From Halorhodospira halophila SL1 (GTDB lineage: Bacteria; Pseudomonadota; Gammaproteobacteria; Nitrococcales; Halorhodospiraceae): 32,000 nucleotides of DNA. Of the stretch, positions 1 to 7,398 are shown piece after piece. The stretch is taken from NCBI RefSeq assembly GCF_000015585.1, contig NC_008789.1, positions 1,260,001 through 1,292,000 on the forward strand, in the 5' to 3' direction. The translations under genes were made by a program, and so were the position numbers. The notes beneath the pieces were generated by a model. That model had not been told where the DNA came from. It was given only the letters and a program-made list of their open reading frames with translations, and did not search any database. Numbering within the stretch: position 1 is the first letter of the stretch; the number at the start of each line of letters is the position of its first letter.

Positions 1-792
1 GTCGTCGGAGAGGGTGTTGCCGAGCTTGATGTTCTCGACCTGCTGGCCCTTGATCAGCATGTCCGCCTTGCAGATGGCGTAGGACTCCGGGTTGAGCTCC
101 TGGCCGTGCAGCGAAACGGTCACGTTATCGCTGACCTGCTGGATGTAGGCGTCACTCTCGGAGAGGAAGCCACCCGTGCCGGCGGCCGGGTCATAGACCG
201 TGACCACGCTGTGCGGTTGCAGCTTGTCGTCCTGATCGGTGAGCACCAGCGAGGTGGTCAGGTGGACCACGTCGCGGGGCGTGAAGTGCTCACCGGCGGT
301 CTCGTTGGAGCTCTCGGCGAACTTGCGGATCAGCTCCTCGAAGATCGAGCCCATGCCGAAGTTGGAGATCCGCCCGGGGCTGAGATCCATGGCCGCGAAG
401 CGCTGCACCACCTGGTAGAGCAGATTGTTCGCCGAGAGCTGCTGGACGAAGTCCTCGAAGTTGAAGTGCTCAAAGACCTCTCGGGCATCGGGGCTGAACG
501 ACTGGACGTAGCTCATCAGGTCGTCCGCGGTCTGCGTGTCCGACAGCGTCCCCAGGGTCAGCGGCGAGGTGTTGAAGAAAGGCTGATCGGCCGCCCGGCG
601 CAGAAGCCGCTCGCGCACCCCCAGCGGCTTGTCCGCGTGCTCCTTCGCCGCGGCCAGCACCTGCTCCTTGGTCGGCTCCAGGACGCACTCCAGCCGCCGC
701 AGCAGGGTAAACGGCAAGATGACCCGTCCGTACTGGGATTGCTTGAGATCGCCGCGCAGCAGGTCGGCGACCGACCAGATGAATCCGGCCAT
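1..792 (-). CDS. hsdM: Type I restriction-modification system DNA methyltransferase subunit M, N-terminal 264 codons; the 3' end lies outside the window.
   Basis: The minus-strand frame is open to the window edge, so it is absent from the ORF track. ATG at 792-790. Translation begins [44 protein letters not shown] (HsdM N-terminal domain). AdoMet motif [13 protein letters not shown] lies at about 163-198. The + ORF 106..987 is its antisense shadow. Confidence 0.9.
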   Translation of the reverse strand, partial: MAGFIWSVADLLRGDLKQSQYGRVILPFTLLRRLECVLEPTKEQVLAAAKEHADKPLGVRERLLRRAADQPFFNTSPLTLGTLSDTQTADDLMSYVQSFSPDAREVFEHFNFEDFVQQLSANNLLYQVVQRFAAMDLSPGRISNFGMGSIFEELIRKFAESSNETAGEHFTPRDVVHLTTSLVLTDQDDKLQPHSVVTVYDPAAGTGGFLSESDAYIQQVSDNVTVSLHGQELNPESYAICKADMLIKGQQVENIKLGNTLSDD

Positions 793-1250
793 CTGGGAGT
801 GATTCTCGGTGTTCAAGGCAGCTCCTTGTTGCTTGTTCGAACTGGAGGTCCTGTCTCCGGCACCGCGCACCGTATCCAGGTGCCGCGATGGCGCTGCTTG
901 GCCCCGGGCGGGGCATCCACCCGCCAAGCGCATGGGGATATTAGGCGTTATCAAGCCCCTAGGTCACAACCGTTGGAGTCCTTCTGACGCGAAGCTGGAG
1001 TAACGCGCAAGCACGGCTGGCGGTTCGGCAGAGATCCACTGTCAATGACAACCGACCTCGCAGGGTAGATGACCAAGGCGACAATCCGTGTCGCTTCCGC
1101 GCTGACATGTGTACCCCGGAAGGGCCCGACTTTGAGAGTCAAGTGGCTCTTGCGGGGTTCGGCGGGGGGGTGCGACCGCCGATCGACCTTGCACACACGG
1201 GCGTGATCTTCAGCGCTTGAGCGTTATCCGCGTGTGGACATAATGACCTC

Positions 1251-2117
1251 CGATACCCGTTTTGGTTAATTCTTAGGGGTACTGCCCCCCCCGATACCCC
1301 CTTTACAGAACCGCCCTGCGATTCCTGCTCCCGCGCTCGCGGCCGCGCAACGAACAATCAACAGGTTAATGATCCTCATGGGGTCGATACCCCCCTTGTA
1401 TGAGCCGGGTGGCACCATGCCTGGCGCTTCCCAAAAGCCGGCGAATCAAAACCTTGCGAACCAGAGGAGGTTCGATACCCCCTTGTATGAGCCGGGTGGT
1501 GCGACCCCTGGCGATTCCCAATTCGTTTTCATTCAGTCGCTTGCAGAACAGAGGGGGTCGATACCCCCCTTGTATGAGCCGGGTGGTAGCGATGCGTTCG
1601 TTATTGCGTACACCCGCAGAATCAGGCCACTGCGAACCATGCCCTTTCCGATACCCCCCTAGTATGCGCCGGGGGGTAGCGACCTTTTTGATTTTGCGTG
1701 GACCGGGATTATCAGCAGGTTGCACTTTATGCTCTGCTCGATACCCCCCTTGTATGAGCCGGGTGGCACCACGCCTTGCGCTTCCCAAAAGCCGGCGAAT
1801 CAACACGCTGCGAACCAGGGGGGTTCGATACCCCCCTTGTATGAGCCGGGAGGTATCGCCCCTTTCGATTTCGCGTAACTCAGGGGTATCAACAGGTTGC
1901 AACTTCTGCCCTGTCCGATACCCCCCTAGTATGAGCCGGGTGGCACCACGCCTGGCATTTCCCAAAAGCTGGCGAATCAACACGCTGCGAACCAAACGGG
2001 GCCGATACCCCCCTCGTATGAGCCGGGTGGCACCACCCCACATTCTGCCCATTTTCCGCCTGATCAGCGTTTTACTGAACAGACGGGCGCAATACCCCCC
2101 TTGTATGAGCCGGGTGG
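1251..2117. repeat. Tandem array: nine full copies plus two degenerate upstream copies of an ~88-bp unit with conserved 28-bp core CGATACCCCCCTTGTATGAGCCGGGTGG.
   Basis: Core starts are at 1385, 1473, 1559, 1649, 1739, 1826, 1916, 2003 and 2090, giving periods of 88, 86, 90, 90, 87, 90, 87 and 87. Degenerate CGATACCC copies sit at 1251 and 1292. The 59-62 bp inter-core segments fall into related families: those after copies 1, 5 and 7 are near-identical, and those after copies 4 and 6 are related. Confidence 0.9.
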
Positions 2118-2389
2118 TATCGAGCCGTACGCGTGTCACGAACATTGGGACACCTAGTCGGTCACAACACGCAGTCACATCGATTTCCCCCAAGGCCAGC
2201 CCCAAGCCACCCCAGCTGTGCAACGCTGGGGGCATCACCCCGGTTTTTCCCTTTCGTACTCGGGGCACGATGACTTGAATAAACTCTGCCAAGGCCGGCT
2301 CCGATGTTCTGCACCCAATTCCCTCGTATTTCGCCCATTGGCGCACCGCCCCCTGTACTAGGGGGTTTGCGTACCTTAAGAACCCACCG

Positions 2390-2500
2390 GTGTACCGCAC
2401 GGTGCTCTGTGTGTACTGCGCAGTTTTCAGCACGAAGCGACCACCCGCGCGGTGAGCCGGCGTGTACCGCCCGGTTTTCCCCGTGTACCGCGCGGTACAC
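2390..2500. repeat. Iteron cluster GTGTACCGC, a candidate origin or operator.
   Basis: GTGTACCGC at 2390-2398, GTGTACTGC at 2411-2419, GTGTACCGC at 2462-2470 and at 2483-2491. An inverted copy GCGGTACAC at 2492-2500 makes the perfect 18-bp palindrome GTGTACCGCGCGGTACAC. Spacings are 21, 51 and 21 bp. Confidence 0.75.
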
Positions 2501-2530
2501 CTTCGGCGTAGGAATCGCCGCAGCCGACGC

Positions 2531-3000
2531 TCAATCCGAAGGCAACCGCTGCACACCACCTGAGGAATGAGTTTGTAGGACACCCACCTGATATAGGCGG
2601 CGATGCCGAAGAGCGCGACGAGCGACTGAGATACGAGTACAACGGCCCGCGCCGTCCAACAGGCCAACAGCAACGGCAGGACGATCAGGACACCGACCAG
2701 CGCGCCCCGGCGCCAAACGCCGCAGCGTCAACATCGCCACCAATGCCGGAATCAGCACGAAGCTGCCAGTGAGTAGGGCCGCCAGAAAGTGGTGATACGC
2801 AAAGGCTGACCTCAGCCGGCTCAAGAGAACCTGGGTGAAAGTTGCGTAAAGCAGCACTGCGAGCATCGGCCCAGGCAGTAGTTCATGCGCCGCACCTGCA
2901 GCCCGCTATCCCTCCAAGAACAAGCCGGAACAGGATGGCCATCAGGTAGATCCAAGACTGGTGCCCCTCGGGGCTGAGCCGAATTGCGTACGGCGGCCAT
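2531..3000 (-). pseudogene. Frameshifted remnant of a small multi-pass membrane protein.
   Basis: Three consecutive minus-strand frame segments each read as hydrophobic helices. They are SPEGHQSWIYLMAILFRLVLGGIAG (about 2886-3000), MLAVLLYATFTQVLLSRLRSAFAYHHFLAALLTGSFVLIPALVAMLTL (2866 downward) and ALVGVLIVLPLLLACWTARAVVLVSQSLVALFGIAAYIRWVSYKLIPQ (about 2700-2550). Frame changes fall near 2885 and near the G/C run at about 2700. No family was recognised. Confidence 0.35.
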
Positions 3001-3351
3001 CTCCGACCCGCCTCGTCGCCGCACGCATTGATGTCTTCATGCCTCCAGCGGACTAGTGTTAGTCAACCCTCAAACGCATCCGACGTGGACTAGAACTAGA
3101 AGTCCCTGCCAAGGCGCCACAGCCACCCGCCACGCCCCCCTATATCACAGCTAGTTCGACACGCCGTTTTATCAGCCTCTGCCTCACCGGCCGCCGCGCA
3201 GCTGACCGTTACTCAGACGCCGACCAATGCGGGTCCGCGTCACGCGAATGCACTCAATGAGGCCACATTCCATGTCATTGACGACAAACACAAGCAGCGC
3301 TCTTCCTTAACGTCTACGGACACGTAACTGGACAACACGAGGAGGACACCG

Positions 3352-3567
3352 ATGGCTCATCCAGAAACTGCCGGCATTAAACCCAACGAGCGCTTGCTCC
3401 GTATCAACAGCGTTATCAAACGCGTCGGCCTTGGCCGATCGACGATTTACAAAAAAGTAAAGGAAGGTGGCTTCCCAAAACCTATAAAACTGGGTGAGCG
3501 TGCCATCGCCTGGCGGGAAAGCGACATTGAGGAATGGATTTCCCGCCGCCATCAAGCAGACTTCTAG
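3352..3567 (+). CDS. alpA: AlpA/Vis-family helix-turn-helix regulator or excisionase-like protein (71 aa).
   Basis: The translation LLRINSVIKRVGLGRSTIYKKVKEGGFPKPIKLGERAIAWRESDIEEWI is the typical AlpA (Phage_AlpA) HTH signature. A GAGGAGGA RBS lies 5-6 nt upstream of the ATG. Confidence 0.88.
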   Translation: MAHPETAGIKPNERLLRINSVIKRVGLGRSTIYKKVKEGGFPKPIKLGERAIAWRESDIEEWISRRHQADF

Positions 3568-3623
3568 CCCGACCTGCATCTTCGTTTCGCAGAAGAAGAG
3601 GACCAATCACTGGAGTCAGCACA

Positions 3624-6305
3624 ATGAAAACCATAGAGGAATCAGCAAAGGTATCGGTTATAACCGCCACGGGCCCAAGTCGGCTCACCGAGAGCTTCTC
3701 GATTTCTGGTCAGAACATAGAAAACGACCCTGGCCAACCGTTAGTTCGCGGTTTCTACCAACAGAGAACCTGCGCAACGCCGAGCGAACTCGCAGACCTG
3801 ATTAACTCACTAAAGCCAAATCAGGCATTGGCTTACGGTCTTTCAACGGTCGAACGCTCGCCGATTACATCCAGAAAATCTCGCCAAAGCAATGACATCT
3901 CGGTGACGCGTGAATTTTTTGATTGGCCCGCAGCTCCGGGGTGGCTTTTGATCGTTCACCACCCGCCTCGTGGTCACGAGCGCGCCGTAAGCCGTAGCGA
4001 CCTGCTGTCCGTGCTGCGCGAGGCCTGGCCGGGGATCGATTCCGCGCCTATGGTTTTCGCTGATGGAAGTACTTCTTGGATTTACAGCCAAGACACTGGC
4101 GAGTGCCTGATAGCCCAGAGGGGACTGCGCTGTTATGTGCTGGTATCGGATGCGCGTGATATCCCACGTGCCGGCAAAGTGCTGCATCAGCGCCTTTGGT
4201 TGACTGGACACGGATTCTACCACGTTAGCAAAGCCGGTTCTTTAGACGAAAAAAGCGCCGTCGATCCGACGGTCTGGCGGCCTGAGTACTTAGATAAGGT
4301 CGCGGGGGCACATTGCGAACCGCCACTCGAACAGCGTCGGAGACCCGCCGAGACAAGGAACACATACGCCGAGCCACTATCAACCGTAACAACCCTTCCA
4401 GATTTAACAGAAACGGAACGCAAACACGCGGAGTCGATAAAACAGGATGAACGTATTCAAAAGCATGCCGAGCAGGAGCAGGCCAAGAGAAACTGGGTTG
4501 AGGAACAAGTAGCTAGCACGAAACCAGAACATCAAAGGGCGCATCGGCTAAAACTGCTGGATGCGGTAGAAAACAAAAGGCTCCACGGGGGCTTCGTGCT
4601 CAAGCATTCCAGCGGCACGCACGTCACGGTTGCCAAACTGCTAGAAAATCCCGAGAGGTGGCACGGGGAGCGTTTTGCGGACCCATTAGAACCAGGCTGC
4701 GAGGGTAACTCCCGTGTAGCTTGGGCGAACCTCTATAGCGGTGGACGTCCGTATATCTACAGTCACGCGCACGGCGGGAGTCACTTCATTCTGCTCTGGG
4801 CGTCGAAGGCTTTAACCGTCGAGTGCGGCGAAAGTCCACAGCTGTTGCAAGAGGTTGACAAATTGATTCGACAAGCCGGGGTCGTATTCCAGCGCGGAGG
4901 CCAGCTAGTTCGCGTGATTGACGACAAAGAGATCCACCATGTTGAGTTGCCCTGGCTCCGTACTCATATGGAAGAAATCGCAAGCTGGAAGCGTTATAAT
5001 GAAAAAAAGAAAAAATTAGTTGTCATCGATTCGCCAGCGGATCTAGCGAAGCGTTATCTCGCTTACCGCGGTGAGTGGAGCGTACCCGAACTCCAGGGTA
5101 TTATCCGCGGACCAATTCTTCGCCCCGATGGTTCGCTGCTCGACACACCGGGGTATGACCGGCAGACGGGACTGTTGCTAACCGCAGATAACCCGGAGCG
5201 TTGGCCGCGGATCCCAAAAAACCCGGATCATTCGGATGTGCGAGCTGCAGTAGAAAAGCTATGGGAGCCGTTCGCGCATTTCCCTTTCGTCGGAGACGTG
5301 AGCCGAGGTATTCAACTCGCTGCTTTATTGACTGCCGTCCAACGTCCCGTCTTAAATACCGCGCCGGCGTTCGCTTGGAACGCATACCGAGCCGGGACCG
5401 GGAAAAGCAAGGCGGCGAAGGCCACGTCGTGGCTGGGCGGCTCTTGCGCGGAAGAGTCACCGTGGAGTGAGCAAACAGAGGAGCAGCGTAAACGGCTTAT
5501 GTCGGCGCTCATGGCGGGGCCATCTACCATCTTGCTGGATAACATCAGCGGTCCGTTAGAGTCTGACACGCTATGCGCAATCCTTACTGCGTGCAGATTT
5601 CGAGACAGAAAATTGGGAGCGAGTGAAGAGGTAACGGTACCGACGAATGTTCTTATTACCGCAACTGGCAACAACCTGCGGGTGGTAGGTGACCTGAGCC
5701 GACGTATTCTTGTTGCGACGATCGACCACGCGGTCGAGAACCCAGAGCGTCTTAATTTTCCATTCGATCCGGTAGCCCGCATCCAAGAGCGATGGTTACA
5801 CTATCGCGCCGCAGCACTGACCGTGTTACGTGGATTTATCTCGGCCGGGGCGCCAGCATTAGGGAAAGGGCTGATGGGCAGCTATGAGCAATGGGATGCC
5901 CAAATCCGCCGGTGTATTATGTGGCTGAAGCACGAGGGCCTAACGCGATTTGGCGTTGAGGATCCCGCAGCCGGAATCCAGAAAAATTACGAGGCCGATC
6001 CGGAGACCGTATTGCTCCGCGCGCTCGTCAATATCTGGTATGAACGATATGATGATAGACCCGTACGTGTAGCCGATCTTATTAGCGACGCGCATGACGG
6101 CATTCCAGGCGCTGCACCGAGCGAAAATCGAGGTGCATTACTCGAAGCGCTTCAAGAAATCGCGGGCGAACCGGAACGTATTAATAGGCGACGATTGGGC
6201 CGATGGATCGAACGCCACGCGGGTCGCGTGATTGACGGGTTACGGATCGAGGAGGCTGGAAGTTGGCGCAGCCGGCGGCAGTGGAGGGTACAGCCTGTGC
6301 CGTGA
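3624..6305 (+). CDS. Island replication-type protein (893 aa). An uncharacterised N-terminal ~550 aa is followed by an SF3-helicase-like P-loop NTPase and a C-terminal putative winged-helix region, so the layout resembles P4 alpha or D5-like primase-helicases.
   Basis: ATG 3624 is preceded by GGAG at 3612-3615; the track ORF from 3534 overlaps alpA and was trimmed. Walker A is AYRAGTGKSKAAKA, Walker B-like is STILLDNISG, followed by VLITATGNN. The C-terminus reads INRRRLGRWIERHAGRVIDGLRIEE. Its position directly after alpA is typical of island replication genes. The primase function is not demonstrated from motifs. Confidence 0.6.
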   Translation: MKTIEESAKVSVITATGPSRLTESFSISGQNIENDPGQPLVRGFYQQRTCATPSELADLINSLKPNQALAYGLSTVERSPITSRKSRQSNDISVTREFFDWPAAPGWLLIVHHPPRGHERAVSRSDLLSVLREAWPGIDSAPMVFADGSTSWIYSQDTGECLIAQRGLRCYVLVSDARDIPRAGKVLHQRLWLTGHGFYHVSKAGSLDEKSAVDPTVWRPEYLDKVAGAHCEPPLEQRRRPAETRNTYAEPLSTVTTLPDLTETERKHAESIKQDERIQKHAEQEQAKRNWVEEQVASTKPEHQRAHRLKLLDAVENKRLHGGFVLKHSSGTHVTVAKLLENPERWHGERFADPLEPGCEGNSRVAWANLYSGGRPYIYSHAHGGSHFILLWASKALTVECGESPQLLQEVDKLIRQAGVVFQRGGQLVRVIDDKEIHHVELPWLRTHMEEIASWKRYNEKKKKLVVIDSPADLAKRYLAYRGEWSVPELQGIIRGPILRPDGSLLDTPGYDRQTGLLLTADNPERWPRIPKNPDHSDVRAAVEKLWEPFAHFPFVGDVSRGIQLAALLTAVQRPVLNTAPAFAWNAYRAGTGKSKAAKATSWLGGSCAEESPWSEQTEEQRKRLMSALMAGPSTILLDNISGPLESDTLCAILTACRFRDRKLGASEEVTVPTNVLITATGNNLRVVGDLSRRILVATIDHAVENPERLNFPFDPVARIQERWLHYRAAALTVLRGFISAGAPALGKGLMGSYEQWDAQIRRCIMWLKHEGLTRFGVEDPAAGIQKNYEADPETVLLRALVNIWYERYDDRPVRVADLISDAHDGIPGAAPSENRGALLEALQEIAGEPERINRRRLGRWIERHAGRVIDGLRIEEAGSWRSRRQWRVQPVP

Positions 6306-7024
6306 GCCGGTGGCTGTACCACAGGGGTAACAGGGCGCGACGAGACACCCTCTGGTGCGCGGCAGCGAACCCCCAAGGCCGTCTACATTTGGCCGCCGGG
6401 CCGGCACGGACGTTTGCGGCTGGAATACCCGGGCAGCAAAGGTGCCGACTGTAGAACGCCCGTCGAGGATTAAATCGGAAACAGCGTGCCTCCCCGGCGG
6501 GTCCTGCGTTGCGTATCGGCCCTGATAAGGCGTAATCCGGGCCGGCTGACTCAATCAGCAGCTTACGCAAGCTCGCGCCATGCGGTGTGGGCAGCACGAC
6601 ACGCTCCTGGCCGCGCAGGGCGCCAGCATGCCCACGATCCCATGGCCATCGGTACCGGGGGTCGACGTTATGCTTGGCGAACCTCGCGACCAGAGCGCGC
6701 CGCGCCTGGGGATCTTGGTCCTCAGACAACTAGCCAGGGCAGGCCACCTGCTGCGTCCAGTGTTGTTGGTTTTGTTGGAGATGCCGGTTTGCCCAGAACC
6801 AATAACGTGAAATGTTGCTGACAATTCTCGCACGGCCGTCCATACAAACCGTCCTCTCCGGCCAAACCAACAATCCCGTATGCACGACGTGCCCTTCGGC
6901 CGCACGAGCCCCGTCGCGCCGTGCTCGCGCACCGGCCTGGCCTGGCCTGGCCGATCCAATATCGCACTCCGCTGCGCCGGTTGCAGAAGGTGGGTATCCG
7001 CCTCCAGATCGTGCGCGAGCGCGA

Positions 7025-7336
7025 CTAATCAAACAGGATGGCGGCCGGCTCATTGTCGTCGTTGGCCATCAGCTTGTCGATCGCGCGTGGTGCCAATCCC
7101 GTCTCGCGGGCAGCACGCTGACGCAGCAGCTCGACCGAACGCCCCGGGTCTGTTTTCGGCCATTCCCGGCGGGGATCGATGCGCCGCTTGGACCGGGCTT
7201 CCTCGGCACCCTGTTTGACCCCAGCTTCGTACGCGGCGCGCATCCATTCATCGAGCTCGGAGAGTTCGATGCTCGTGCGTAGCGTCTTGCCGTCTTGGTC
7301 GATTTCGGCGCGAGCACTGCGTGGTATCATCGTCAT
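7025..7336 (-). CDS. Hypothetical protein (103 aa), possibly a ribbon-helix-helix-like N-terminus.
   Basis: ATG 7336 has an AAGAGG RBS about 7 nt upstream. The translation is MTMIPRSARAEIDQDGKTLRTSIELSELDEWMRAAYEAGVKQGAEEARSKRR... The strand-helix pattern (TLRTSIEL / SELDEWMRAAYEAG) is RHH-like, but this is a weak inference. Confidence 0.5.
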   Translation of the reverse strand: MTMIPRSARAEIDQDGKTLRTSIELSELDEWMRAAYEAGVKQGAEEARSKRRIDPRREWPKTDPGRSVELLRQRAARETGLAPRAIDKLMANDDNEPAAILFD

Positions 7337-7398
7337 CGTGCATACCTCTTCGCCAGAGAAGCCACCCCGGGCCGTGGTTGCCGGGGCGGCACGTGGTT

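Noticed and set aside
106-987. The 293-aa plus-strand ORF.
   Set aside because: It is the antisense shadow of hsdM. The minus-strand frame gives an unmistakable HsdM N-terminus and AdoMet motif.
800-1360. tRNA, tmRNA or att site adjacent to the island, also looked for at 7630-8150.
   Set aside because: No cloverleaf-compatible sequence and no GGTTCGAATCC-type T-arm was found on either strand. The 34-bp direct repeats do not resemble a tRNA 3' end.
1385-2117. CRISPR array (28-bp repeats at regular spacing).
   Set aside because: - The inter-repeat segments are about 60 bp and are homologous to each other in families, not unique spacers.
- No cas genes or leader are present in the window.
- The repeat itself varies at several positions.
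- This behaves as a diverged tandem duplication, not a CRISPR locus.
1366-2673. The 435-aa minus-strand ORF and the 292-aa plus-strand ORF (1400..2278) across the repeat array, considered as repeat-protein genes.
   Set aside because: - Both strands are open simultaneously.
- The translations are Arg/Pro/Gly-rich and low in complexity.
- There is no RBS.
- Comparing units 5 and 7 shows substitutions spread over all codon positions and mostly non-synonymous in both frames.
- The multiple-of-3 periodicity is retained only as an unresolved oddity in the findings.
3278-3306. Sigma70 promoter for alpA (TTGACG at 3278-3283).
   Set aside because: There is no acceptable -10 hexamer at 16-18 bp spacing (TCTTCC), which is too weak to annotate.
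3534-3623. N-terminal extension of the replication gene overlapping alpA.
   Set aside because: The extension is Arg/Pro/Ser-rich and overlaps the alpA coding end. ATG 3624 has a GGAG RBS and starts a normal-looking sequence (MKTIEESAKV).
6181-7053. Calling any of the overlapping ORFs in 6181-7053 as a CDS.
   Set aside because: Six mutually overlapping ORFs on both strands show no RBS and biased composition, and the longest frame is broken by an in-frame TAG. It is reported only as an observation.
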